DNA from: Magallana gigas | Lineage: Eukaryota | Length of the DNA: 64,000 bases | NCBI RefSeq assembly: GCF_963853765.1 | Contig: NC_088860.1 | Span: forward strand, 37,262,001 to 37,326,000 | Direction of reading: 5' to 3' | In this document: positions 13,148 to 27,112 of the stretch, one piece after another | Numbering within the stretch: the first letter of the stretch is position 1 | Layout: every line of letters starts with the position of its first letter | The notes under the pieces: generated by a model | The model's input: the letters and a program-made list of their open reading frames with translations, nothing else | Databases searched by the model: none | What the model was told of the DNA's origin: nothing | Made by a program: the position numbers and the translations under genes

Positions 13148-16100
13148 CTATCCCGATCCCGATTGACATTCCTCGTATTTGCTACAGGTGCAACACTGTG
13201 GAAGCCTCAGTTGGACGAGTCTAAACCCACAGTTTTCACAGTAGATCCAGGTGTCAAACTGGCGGAAACTGTCCATCAGACACTCGCTTTTTGATGCGTC
13301 ATTTTCCAGGCAGCCTCTGTTAATGAAAGAACAAAAGTTATGACGTATCTACATTACTTAACCTTGCATTGGAAACATTATGAAGAATAAGAAGAAAAGA
13401 AATCGCCCTTATAATGTGACACTAGTGCTATTTCTATAAACTATTATTTGAACTGTACAATACTGCTTTATTGTCAATTTCTTCAATTCTGAGCTATCTT
13501 TTAATGAAAAAGGAATTATTTTGCTGGTATTTCTGTATCAATCAGGAATTGACCTATCTGGATACGATACTGTACGAGATTTCTTTTTAAGGACATTTTT
13601 TATATATCAATTAAACTGAAAGTATTTTATTGTTTTTAATCTTATCATAATTCAACATGCTATTTTTGGAATTATCTTATGTTTGCAACCACTTTGACAT
13701 CGCAGCAATACAGTGCGCAATGTTATATTCTGTTTAATTTGTTTCAAAAAACCCTTTTTGTAAAAATGACTGACGCAAATAAAAAGAGTGACACATTTAC
13801 CCCCTTTACTGCAAATTTTTTGCTATGTAAAAAAGACCCAATGATAAAGTATTTCAAAGAAAGGTCATGTACTTACGATTTCCCTTCACACTTTGCGTAT
13901 CTGATACATTGACTTTCAGGCTTGACGACATAACACATTGTTCCATAAACCTGGACCTTTGTAGGATAGGCAACCTCTGATGGACAGACATTTGTCAGCC
14001 CAACAGACTTGTAATAGCTAAAAAGAAAAATCATATCATTAAAAACAATAAAATACTTTCAGTTTAATTGATATATAAAAAAAATGTCCTTAAATAGAAA
14101 TTTCTTGAAAGGTTTTCTCATGAAATGAGTTTTTAGCACTTGTATTGTTAAAGATATTGACAGTATACATGTAAGTATTACTATGTATATAATTGCTATC
14201 AACTTTAAAAAAGACTTGGATTATGAATTAAAACTTCTCAAACGTTTCTTTGTCGTCTCTTTTTGCTTCAATGATCATTAATCTCCCATACCTGTTGTCA
14301 CAACGGATGTATTTTTCTTTAATGGCAGCCAAAACGCTTGGGTTCTTTCTTAAGAGGTATTCAATTTTCAGCCTAAAATAAATGCATAGAATTTTCAACT
14401 TTTATCAAAAATTGATAAGTAATAATTAATATAGGCAGAATATCAACTGATATTTGAAAAGAATGATATAAATGATATACAAAGGAATCATTAGACCTCA
14501 TGGTGTCTCAATTTTCGTTGAATTCCTGGGAACCTCTTATCTACGAATAAATACTCTTCACAAATTTATAAATGATGACTATAAAGTCATGTTGTCTTTT
14601 ATATGTATAAGATAACACACGAAATTACGTTTCAACGAACCAATAAAATCTAAACAATCTACAAAAGTCGCCCTCACGAATTTTAATGATTCCACAATAT
14701 ATGATACATGTACCTATAAAATAGTATTAAAAATAAATCCAACGTTTTAAATAAAAGAAGAATATTCAAATGATTTTTTTCTAATAACTTTATAGATGAT
14801 TTATTCAACACAAATATAGCAATATCATATTTCTTATGACATGTTTCAATAAGTTCATTGAGTATTTTGTTTGTCTAAGAAACAAAATCAACATTTAATT
14901 ATGAAAAAAAAATCTATTTTGATTCAAAATGTTTTTTGTCCAACGACACTCCTAACAAACCTTACTGTTAAGCAAAACTAGAAAATGTTATCTCCTTTTT
15001 AACACATTCTTACTTTGTACTGGCTGGTATGCAATCGTCAGAGACAGGGAGAGTAGGGTTCTCCGGGCCGTCCGTCCAGCATTCATCCTCTTTGTCAAAA
15101 TCTCCGTAAATGCTTGTTTTGTCATATAACTCCACAGCAAAGGCATCTGCTGCCTCTGTGGTCACCCAAAAAAGGGCAGAACCAATCAAAGTGAGGAAAA
15201 TGGCCTGAAATATTTTTTATAAACAGTTACTTTAAACATTAAATTGAACACCGTAGTTTGTGATAGATACTGAAAGCGATATAAAAAATCGAATATATAA
15301 GAGGCATACAGTAAATCACGCTTATAATGAACTGACCCATACAATTAGATGGACGTAATTTTCATTCACTGTGGGGAACATGTTGTGAAATTAACGGATA
15401 AAACAAATTATCTTTATAACGAAGTGAAAAGCCCCTCCCTGGCTCTTTTTATAAACGTGTTTTACTGTACATGTAACGGTGTACTGAATCTTATATATCT
15501 TTATTAAGAACCTTAGCTAGAAAAAAAAGTGGCCCTGAATTCCTCTAATTATGATATATTCAGATTACATATGTATGAAAATGGAACAATTGATTTATAT
15601 TAAAATGGATGTTTAAAAGATGTTTTAAAATTTTTAAAAAGTTTTAAAGTTATATTGACCGTATACATTTATTTGTGTAATCGTTTTAAAACATGTATAA
15701 AATGAGTGTTTGCTTTTATGTCAGTCTCTCTTACAGTCTCATAACTGATATTAACCACAACGTTCGCGAATTGTAGCGCTATTTAACAATCTTTAACAGA
15801 AAAATGGATGATAATTATTTATACCTCATCTGTATGCATATTTCCTTGAAACAAACGTCATAGTTTTAAAAAAATACAGAAAAATTGTGCAAACTAAGCA
15901 AATGATTCCAAAACTGAAAAAATGAGAATATTTCTATTCTCTTAATATCCATTTTAGAGTAACTATGTCCCTCTATTCGGGATAATGAATCATTTTAGAC
16001 AGATATTTTGCAGTAAACCATGTTTTTGTAAATCATTTGACATGATTTAAACCCGACATTATAGTATTTCTAAATACAACCGAAATAAAAAAAAACTTCT

Positions 16101-16631
16101 TCCATAAAGTTTAGTATTTAATAGAATGTTTTTGTTTAAAATTAAAAAAAAAGTTTTGTGTATCCGCAATCAACTTTTATACATTCGAAGTTTTGATTGA
16201 CAATTAAATGGATTGTCTTCGTTACAAATATAGTTTAAACCTCTGACCTTCATTTAAATGACCTATCCTTGTATAAAAAATTATACCCAGGTGTGGACGT
16301 GGTCAATATTTTCTGTAAGGAGCGAGAAAAAAGCTAAAGTCCCATATAGAAATTACTGACAACGCAAAAACAACAAAAGGTGTAACGTAACGTAATCACT
16401 ACTGAGTGATTGTGATTAAAACAAAACTTCACTCGGTTGCTGTTAAACTAACACTTTTTTATTTTACAAATTAGCAGGCTGTAAAACATGACACGATACA
16501 AGACAATTAACCCCTTTTCATCCAGTATTGCACCAACCAAGGTTTTGTTGAAAACTAATTTGTTATCCTTGAAATTCATATTAGAATTAAATCAAAGAAA
16601 GTTTTGTAAAAGATGAAATATTTACCTTCAT
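13148..16631 (-). CDS. Gene B2: Spaetzle-like cystine-knot protein, 168 aa, intact paralog of B1
   Basis: Exons 16631-16626, 15204-15014, 14017-13877, 13316-13148. Differs from B1 at YGTMC (vs YGKTC), CEGKS (vs CEDKS), ENDASKSEC (vs ENDPDKPSEC) and the C-terminus ECQSGSG* (vs ECQT*). All 14 Cys retained. Confidence 0.87.
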
Positions 16632-17706
16632 GATGTACAACTGCTGAACCAAGATGACTGAATATACTTATGAATCATTCTCTTTTATATGCTTGGTGTG
16701 TTACAAAACATGCTAATTAGTATACACATTATTATTCGATAAAATCTTTTCACCTATTCAATTTTCAATGCTTAGTCCAAATTGATTTAGTACATGGTAC
16801 ATACCATTACTGTCTGATGCTTGAGGTTTAATAGGATAAGTTTATCTAGTGCCCCGAACGTCACTATTTGCTTCTTTCCAAAGAACTGTCCAATGTAGTT
16901 TTTCTTGGAAACAAAATTTTACTCTTTGTAATCTAAAACGTTTAAGGAGGCTGGTTGGTCAACACAATTAACAATTAGATCTAGCTTAAATTTTCAAGAA
17001 ATAAATCAACATTTATTCAAGAAACTGAAATTTCACTTTAAAGTTTCTATGTTTTTTAATATCTTTATAAAGAACTCTTCGTTTGAAGAAGAACGACTAA
17101 GTCTAAACATATTAAGTGATGTCCGTTCAGTCCCTTTAAAATTTATATATAGATACCCCCCCCCCCCCCCAGCCACTTTTTAAAAACAGATTTCTTGTTT
17201 TTTTTTAAATTCAAGTTTCGTGTTAATTTTTTTTGTTTTTTGCTTTTCTACATTTTTTTCTTCCAACTCATAATTCCTCTTAAAATTGGCGCTGTATAAT
17301 AATTTGCTCTATATAATATGGGTGACAGAACATTTTCTCTAATATTTTTTCGAAGGTGTTCTAGTGTGGTTTAAACTTAAAAATCATACCAATACAAAAG
17401 GTTTTTTAAATTAACTCCTTGTTAACTCCTTGAATACATTTCGTTTTAAATGTATTAATAACAGATTAACTATTGATTTTTCATCGATTCTTCGATTATA
17501 CAACTTTAATGTAGTTTCATAACGTGATTGAGATTTGCAGATGAGTTGATATGATAATTTGTTAAAACGTTAATTTTCAGTCTATACACATTTGATGGGC
17601 TTAAGATATGCAAAATATATACGCGTTGTATAACATACACGGTATTTATACAGGGTGATTTTGAGCCGTAAGTCATAAGTCACCCAAGTGAACATCGGCA
17701 AACATC

Positions 17707-19669
17707 ATGCAGGTAAGTTTAAGACTGTAACCAAAAATTAATTTACGGTGTATGCCATTTAATATGCATTTCTACCACTGTTATTTTATATATGATTTTT
17801 TGAAAAAAGCAAATTATAAAAAGTATAACACAAAAATTATTTGGTTATTGATTGTTTAAAAATAATTATTATAGACTGTTTTCCATGCGATGCTCGACTT
17901 TCCAAGTATTGTAAATATTAAAGTCGATAATTGTGTTTTGACAATGATATTGATTGATGAAATCTGTCTTTGAAATCAACGTGTTTATTATGTTTGCAAG
18001 AACTTTGTATACTTTAACATTGAATAAAAGAAAATGCACGTGTTTTGCAACAAATCATTCAGTTCTGGTTAAAATTGAAAACTGCAAATGCCGAGGGTTC
18101 GTCAGGAGAGTAATTGGAAGTTTGATTGAAGCTAAGACATGTGATTGCTTTGTGATCTGATCCAGAACAAAATATATTCTAAGAATAAGTACGACAACAA
18201 AACCAGCACAATTATACTCTTGGGATATTCAGAGATAGAAAAGTATTTAGACTCCAAATATTTTATTGATATACAAAATTAAATTACACGAGTAATACCA
18301 CTATTTATTAGTTCTCGAAACCTGAATTTGTTTTCATGGTAAGTTAAAACGACATACGAAAAATTTATCCCAGAATGATTTGACATGCATAAAAAGATTG
18401 TTTTCAATTCATAATGTTCATTTAATCATCTTGAAGGTCATAACTGTGGTCTTTGCGATTTCTCTCCTGTTCTGGAGTCACGTGGTCGGTGAGGATTCTC
18501 CTGTTGCTAAACAAGCTGAACGTCGTGATACTGACTTGTATGCCTATTCGGAGTATGACAAAACTAGCCTGTATGGAGAGTATAACAAAGAGGACAAATG
18601 CTGGACAGATGGACCTACTAACCCTGAGCTACCAGTTGGAGACGAGTGTCAAAGCGCGGCTGTGAAGTAAGATTAGCCTCCACAATATTGTATTGCTTAT
18701 CTACATACATCAAATATTCATTCAAGTAAACATGCAAACATCTTTTTAATACTTTGACATATGATAGAAAAAAAGTAGTTGTTTTTAGTTTACACGTGAA
18801 AGATGGAAAGATTGAACGTATATAATTAATAATTGATAACGAACAATAATATGATCATAATATTTATTATTTTTTCAGGCTGAAGATTGAGTATCTTTTG
18901 AGAAAGAATCCAGCTGTTAATGAAGAAATCAAAGAGAAATATCTTCACTGCGCAAACACGTAAATTAAATTCTACACAATATGTGATTAATTGATTAAAA
19001 AACCATTTCAATCAGAGCAGAGAAATTGGACATTTGATATATTTCATGTATTTTAATTTTTTAAAAATGTATGCAAAACTGGTTTTTAGCTACTACACTC
19101 CATATGGGCTGGATAATGTTTGTCCCAGCGAGGTCACCTTTCCTACGACAGTTGAAATATATGGCAAGACCTGTTACATCGTCAAGCCAGAAAAGCAATG
19201 TCTGACCTACGTGAAATGTGACGACGCACCGTAAGTATAAGATAAATAATACTTGCATTTGCCAAAACCGCTTAATCTTAAAATATAAATCTTTGAATGA
19301 CTTTATTTAAGACTTATATTCAGACTAATTTAAAAAAATACATGGAGAAACTAATAAAACAATGCTTTACAGTCTATTATAGGAAAAAATTGAATTGAAT
19401 TGAAACCTCAATTACATATAGTTTAATTTGTTTAAAAAAAACAAACAAACATCCTTCTCGAAAACCCCCCCTAAAGTCACAGGAATATATAGTGTAAAAT
19501 TATCTCTAGGGGCTGCTCTGGTTCAACGACAGAAGAAAGCAAGTGTTTGATGTCATACTTCCGTGACTTCAATGCATGGGTTTATTGTGAGAATTGTGGA
19601 TTTACGATGGTCAAGCTAAGACTTCCACAATGCTGCACATGTAACAAGTATGAAGAATGTGATACGTAA
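17707..19669 (+). CDS. Gene A2: Spaetzle-like cystine-knot protein, 178 aa, intact, near-identical to A1
   Basis: Exons 17707-17712, 18437-18666, 19090-19230, 19510-19669. One amino-acid difference from A1 (pro-segment EDSP vs EDSL) and one synonymous TGC/TGT change seen. Confidence 0.88.
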
Positions 19670-22600
19670 AAAAACCATTTGATGATTGCACTGGTATGGT
19701 TTAAATAAATTGAATCCAATCCATAACTGTCTTATGTGTTTTATGTATTTGGGGAAAAAATTGCTTTGTTCTGCAATATTGTGTGAGGTACACACTAAAA
19801 GGAATTGATGTTCGTAGCATGTGTTTTTTTTCGAATTAGTACCAGTATAACGACGCAATGCATACTTTGTGTTTCGGATGCAACCTTAAAAGTTTCATAT
19901 TTTTTAAATATACGTGTATTGAATTTTATCATAACAGTCAAACTTTTCCGATTTTATCTTAATCAACTTTAAAAAAAATGGCTTTGCTTTGATAAAAACA
20001 ATACCTGCTGTTTTCGAACTCGGGTTATAGGCCACAGCTGTACACACACATGTAGTGCTACAGAATTAGACACCCACTTCAAGTCATTTAATTTTGATAC
20101 TTTCATTTACACCCGTAAATATTTTCCTTTATCAAACACGATTTGTGCAATCTGCTGCTATATCTGCATAATATCAGCTTGGATCAAGAGGTCAAGCAGT
20201 GCATAACTAATCTGGATCAATCCTTTTTCCATGTAAGAAAACTAGCCGACTCACATCTAGTATTGTAATGAAAACACATAAAATAGAAATAAAAAACGTA
20301 AACGCAATACCACAGATCTTTCGTGTATAGACCTACCAATATTACCTTAACAACGATCATCATTATCTTGCAAATAGAAAATAATACAAGTAATCGGTAC
20401 ATCATGTATAGCGCCAGTTAACAGCGTTGTAAAGTAAACGAGTTTAAGACAACCACTCTTTGGTATACTCTACTTAATTCTAAAAAAAAATGATTCCATA
20501 AGAAGCAAAATATTTTAATCTTTGAAGATAGATATACTTTCACAAATATTGGCAAAGTCATTTTTATCAACCAAAAACTGATATGAAATATAGCCATAAT
20601 ATGCAAGATGGTTTTTAAAACAATAAGCAAAATAATCCTCTAAAATAACGCTTATATAAACGTGCAACCCACCGAAATACTTTTCCAAACTATTTCTTCA
20701 ATTTTGGGATAATAACGTTATAAAACAACTCAAGCGAACCTGAATTATTTAAGAGTTATGTAAAACGGATTTATAATATAGACAATATACATTACGTTAT
20801 CATAATGTGCAAGCAACCATACCTGCTTAACATAATAATTTGAAAATAATAAGCGTTTAAACAGCCTTATATGTTTTTAAAATTATGTAAAAAAAATAAC
20901 AAAAATGTAATATTCAAGAAAAAGATTATCAAACGTGTTGATATAATTGTTTTTCCAACGGGTTAGAACATTCAATCCTTGTCCAAGGCATTTACCATTT
21001 TATACAACTTCATTGTGGGTAAAATATGGAACACGAAGTCCGTTCGTTAACATGTCATCCAACAGCAAATATCTTATTAATATATCAGAAGATATTTTAT
21101 TTCTATTTCTAACATGTCATCTAATTTAAGAAACTTTTAAATATGCTTATCCTAGAGATTATTTTCATCCAACATTGCAGTAATAGCCTGTGTTTTTACG
21201 GTATTCTACTCCCATTGAAAGTTTATTTTATGTATTGCTATATTTTAGGCATATATGTTACCTTATATTATTTTTTATGTACATTCATTTTTCAAAAAGG
21301 CATTTCCTGTATGTTTTGTTAGTTTTTGCTTACAATTATCGTCTGTAAAAAAGTTTTCAGGATAACAATGTGAACTAATATCTGTTATCTTATTCTGCTA
21401 TTTTGTTTAAATTAAAGGCAGTATCATTATTGTTATATTTGAATTGCTTTGTGGTTGGTTTTGAAGTGAGGAACTGGTAAAATTATTTACCGAATTTAAT
21501 AAATTATTCACAAATTGCAATAATTACCCTATCTACCGGTTTCAGACGGTTTGTATTTTCAAACTCAGTATGCTAAAAAGTATTCTTTATGTGGTAACTT
21601 CCCCCAATTTACTCGAAATATAATTTCTGGGTGGAACAGTTCCTAAGATCCCCGCTCACTATATATAAGAGTTCCAGGGACGGCTTTTCTCGTATATATA
21701 CATGTACATGTGTCTTAAAAAACACAAACTCAAAAACGTGATATATTTAAAGAATTTCAAGTAAATAAATACAGGTATCGATCTGCACATGTGGATAATG
21801 TAATCCAAGCGCTCGTTTGAAATTCATTTGCTTTAACAAAATTTGTTAGATAAAAATTGACCACGCGACAATTACCGCATCTAAAGTGTCAACAGGTAGC
21901 TGATTATGTAATGGGAAATAATCACCGAGAAAACACCCTCATTACACTCGGTATCCGCAGAAATACCCCAAACGGAGTCCGGAAACACGCATAAAAAAGG
22001 TAGTCAAAGTTTGATACATGTACATGTATAATATATTGTATATTTATTTTTATAGTAAATAATAATAAAGAAAATTTATATGGGATTCGAACGATGCACA
22101 GTTGTCCTGCATTTATGTGATTAACATTTTCACCATCTGTATATAAATGTTCACATATCATAGGTTTGTATGTAAGCAGTGGAACACATTTGTTTCAATT
22201 TACTAAGTCAGAGAAAACGAAACACTTCCACCAACCAGATTTGTAGTACTCCGACTTTATATAAGCTGGATGTAGCTGTTATTTTTGGCTATTTTAAGGT
22301 AATTTAGAACTTCCTGGACCTTGATCAGGACACGGGTACTTAAAACTTGTTTGATATAATGTATGTGAAATAAATCTTGTTTGTAGCAGTTTATTCAAAG
22401 AACAGTGGGGTTGGAATCACTAGACTCATTCGTTATCATTCAATGAAGTTTGCATAACATAATATTTTCACAACTTTGACATTTACCTGACATCGAGGAT
22501 TATATGCTATTATGTAACTTAAATAACGTATTAAATTTAAACATCCTATTATTTATTTATCAGGTATTTTGGATAATAAATGAAATGGCAATAATATGAT

Positions 22601-22864
22601 ACATTTTCTATACTATTCACCTTAGATATATTGTGCGGTTTGTCTATTTATTGCGTGTGTGTGTGTATGCCGTCATTAAAGAAAATGCCACAAAGTTATG
22701 GCATCTCTCTATTTTATTATTTTATCCCCAAACCAAATATTTGTACTATTCCAATTTTATCATTTATAAAGAATCAATGATTTTTTTGTAATTTTTTGTA
22801 AAAGCTGTTTGTCCCCTGCAAAAAATTGGGTTCAGTTCGTTCTATGTTGAATTTTCTCTTTCTT

Positions 22865-25130
22865 TAAATGTCACTTTCCAGCAAAAAATGGGACTCAGCA
22901 CTGCGCAGGACAGTTAAGGCAACATTTTGCTTTTAAACAGCAGGAAAAGGAGGTGGTTTTGCTTTTGTCTATTCATTTGTGCATAATGAATAGTTCTAAA
23001 CTATTTTGGGTGTTATTGTAAAGATATGGGTCTCCTTTACTTGACCATGTCTAAATTTGACGGTCACGTGACTTTTTAGGGTCACGTGGGCGTTTTTTAG
23101 ACAAAAATCGTAATGTTAAATTGAGACAAAAAGTTCAAGGGCAAGCCAGAGAAATTTTAGAGTAAGTAATATGGCAACATATTCAAAATTATCCATACAT
23201 CATAGAAATCAATGCTCATTCAGTTGTAAAGTTTACTAGTTATGTATATTTCTTTAAAAACTGTCTACTTGTTCCTAAAATAGTGCATTTTTGTATATTT
23301 TCATTAAAATTACAAAGTAAACCTTCATCTCTCAACAAATGAGCATCAGTTTTTATAAAGAACTTGTAAAAAGGAAGAAAATCATACCAAGTTTAATGAT
23401 ATCTATAGGCGTCTTGCACTTGAACTTTTGCATTTAATTTCTCAGTCTAGAAGTCCTTTCAAATCAATACACATTTCAAACGCACAAGTGATCCCAAAAG
23501 GGGAGTTAATTCTTTGAGCGATAACTCTTCTGATATAGGCGCGATGTCATTTTATCACATAATCCGAATTAATTTTAAGATATGTTTCAACAGTACATTA
23601 TGTAAATGGTTATTAAAACATAGTGCTTCTGTTTTATTTATTTTAAAAGAGACAAGATGGTTACGATGAATCGTCCGCATTTCCTCTGTCGTATCATGGA
23701 TGTAAACAAAAAACCGTTGTGTATCAGTTATATTGGTTAACCGCATTCGCGGAGTTATTGATTTCTTAATATTTTTTTAGGAATGGGAGAAAAATATATA
23801 AGAGCTAATTGTACACAATTATTTGAAGGATTTATAGATGTCAACAGAGACAAATGAAGCCCCTGATATTAATATAAGTAAATTGATCTCATAATATATA
23901 TTAAAAAATAAGATATGGAGTATTTTTTCATTATTTATGATTTAATGTCAGATGAATGCAAATGCAGCCTTAGCCCAATGACTGCATATTCTATAGCACT
24001 GCTTGAGTCTGTTAATATTATTCTGGGGAGGGGGGTTCAAAGGGGTAACTTTATTCTGTTTGCCAGGGGCCAGGTACCAGGGTGTTTTACTATGTAAATT
24101 GTGAATTAAATTAGAATTTGCCACGGGGACTATACATGTAGATCTGCCCATGTATGAGGCCTTTTCCCATCCCCCATAAGCAATCAACAGTATTCACCTT
24201 TGTATTACACATGTTACACTTTTAATTTAAACACTCATTAAAAATTGACTTTTATTTTTATTCAACACATGCAGAATGATTAAGGTTAAGGAGAGGGGGA
24301 GGGTTAGCATATTCATTCACAAAATAAATTCTATGCTTGATCATTTCTCATTACTGAGAAAGGAAGAAAGAGGGTGTGTCAATCCTGCAACAAGGCAATC
24401 AAAAGCCATTTTTGGTTCACATCAAGTTATTGAATTTAAATAAGTCTGAATTCTCCTATGTGAGAGAATCTCTCTCCCACCCATTTACATACCATCCCCT
24501 TTTCACTTCTCAAACAAAATTATGAATATAGAAACAATTATATTTGTTTCATTTCTTTTATTAATTCAAGAAGATAAAGAGACGTTCTGAAAAAAAATTC
24601 TGTAACAACATTTAAACCTGACATATGCATGCAAACTCATAATTGTAATTTCTTTAAATGATATCAATGTGTTTATTGTATGACTTCTTAGTTATGCTCC
24701 TCTTCTCTGTTAAAAAAAACAGACTTCCTGTTCTTAAAGTTCAGGTTTTTCTTTCCATCATTTCATCTTGTATATGACACCAGGATAAGGATGCGGGTAA
24801 ATTATCACCAATAAGAACATCATTTATGTAAATCTCAAGACAAAGCAGGTACCAACTAAAATAAAATTATATATATTCAGTTAGTTTAACTTGTTATCAA
24901 AATGGCTGAACGACTGAAATGGAGGATTTTCTACAATTTGATAGTCAATGGAATTTATTTATCTTAATAAACATTTCATTATGTTTAGATGTGCATTTAG
25001 TTTTGCACAAATTCAAATACAGCTTTTTGGTTTGATCGATTTGAAATTATTCGCATCCTCACCCCTGATATGTGCATGATAATAGTTTAATTGCACCCCT
25101 TTATTTTACCCGACATGACATTAAAAATGC

Positions 25131-25178
<48 letters not shown>

Positions 25179-26764
25179 CACAACTGATTTGCTTGATTGA
25201 TATTATATAATGCAGGTGCAGTCAGTGCGAATTAAAACATACCATGTATTGTTGATTTGTTGATGAGCAATATTCAAAATTGTAGATTTATAAATAACAT
25301 AGGTTTATATCAATCATTTTAAAACATTAAATGAAACCATTTGTACTTGAAATAACTTTTTCTAATTGAATTGTCTCATAGAATAATGCGATTTGTCATT
25401 ATTTCAATGATAAATTATTGAACTTATACCTGTATGTTATTTACTTACATTTTCTTTTAGCCTTTTTTTTCAAATCAGTGTGACACTTTTCAAATTACTT
25501 TGCAAATAACAAAATATAATTATTAGAAGTCATACAATTTAATTTACATGCATATATAAGGACATGTCAACAGTAATTTGAACATGTTTGTGAAAGGTCT
25601 ACATATATTATGCATGGATGGGTAAAATGACCAACACTTCAAATTTTATTTGAAAGTTACACATGCACATTCTACATAAACAATACCATATATGACCATG
25701 AATGTTGATTCCTCATTTAGAGAAAATCAGGCATGTAGTCATTTGTTTATAATTATTTGGGTTTTTTTTATTACCAATAGTACAGCATCATAAGTATGAA
25801 CCCAGGTGACAAGATTTCAAACAGTGTTATGGTAGTAATATACTGAGTTCTAAAAACTAACTATAGTAATAATTAATAAGAAATTAATGTGCATGAATAT
25901 CTTACATCAACTGGATGAATGTGTAAAAAATATATATGAACTGTCATGGAAGAATTTTGAACACAGTAGAAAGGTGTTATTGATCAGCTGTTCATCAATT
26001 TCCAGAAAATGAAATCAGCATCTTTTAGCCTGCACTGTACTGATTTTCAGAAAATCAAATCAGCTGTTTTCACACAGTCTTTGTATTGTTTACTTACAAA
26101 TTGAAAAAAAACCAGCTGTGTAAAACTAAATATTATCAGTACAAGTACTATGAACTGATTCGTGTCGATTGGTGAAAATGATCAACAATTTAACTTACTG
26201 GCAATAAAGCTACATGTACAATGTACATTGTACAGGCCTAAATGTAAACAATGCAGTCTCTCCTCATGTTTAGAACGAAACAACACATTAAGTCGATCAG
26301 AAATGCATCAACAGTATAAAATCACAATAAAGTAGTTATTGAGCTATCTGGTACTTTCAAATACACTGTATATCTATTCTATATACCTGATAAATCATCA
26401 AAAGATCGCAATCATCGGGAATACCAGCTACACGTGTTTACATCGTCTGACGAGCGCTTTTTGGACGCAGATTCACACCCATACGACAGATGCGTTATCG
26501 AAATTCTTCGTATATTCTGATTGTTGTAAACTTATAAAAACACACATGAGTGATTCGTAGTTATATTTTTCTTATGAAGCATTAAATCAGCCGTATTTTA
26601 TGCTTAAACTGCTGTTTTCGGTATATTTTCTATATATGGAAATACAGAGGCGGGGCGTATATTATGACGTCATAACTCATTATCCCTTCATTAGCATATC
26701 AAAACGATGTGCTGCCTTATCTGTCCTGCGTGCTTCCATTGTTGCTACAAGTCATAATTATTAA
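22865..26764. mobile_element. ~3.9 kb non-coding element with imperfect terminal inverted repeats (Kolobok-like)
   Basis: Left GCGCAGGACAGTTAAGGCA (22903-22921) matches the reverse complement of 26713-26731 (ACGCAGGACAGATAAGGCA) at 17/19, with further imperfect extension (AGCAA.AATGG). TTAA at 22864-22867 and 26761-26764; TGACGTCA near the right end; no transposase ORF. Exact termini uncertain. Confidence 0.55.
25133..25174 (+). repeat. (CT)21 microsatellite
   Basis: Direct reading. Confidence 0.95.
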
Positions 26765-27112
26765 GAGTTTACAGGAACAAAGTGAGGATATCTTCAACAT
26801 AAAATTCAGAGGAACATTCCAGTTTTGATAGAAGCTGTAAAAACTTAATCAACTTTCTGAAGTCAAAGTAATAAGGGAAATGTTCAGTTAAGATAAATGC
26901 ACATATTCCATGGTAAAATTGTTAACAAAGTTTAGTAAGATATCATACAATAGGTAAATGTTACCAATAATAATAATATATGATTCAATAAAACTTAGAT
27001 TGATCTCGAAATACATGATTTTAATACTTGAAGTAAATAACATTATTCAGAATTTTTTATCACAAAGTTTAGACTGAGCCATTGCCCATAAAGTTTCAAA
27101 GAATGTACTCAC

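Larger units (their letters stand above)
2480..22864 (+). repeat. ~10 kb tandem segmental duplication (unit 1 ~2480-12875; unit 2 ~13075-22864), each unit carrying one B/A pair
   Basis: Offset is about 9981-9989 across the A gene and tail. Homology ends sharply after ...AATTTTCTCTTTCTT (12875 / 22864). The A gene and tail are near-identical; B introns show more substitutions and indels. Confidence 0.93.

Noticed and set aside
22865-22885. GTCACTTTCCAGCA resembling the B exon-4 start GTCATTTTCCAGGCA
   Set aside because: The match is short and does not extend; it lies within the transposon terminus.
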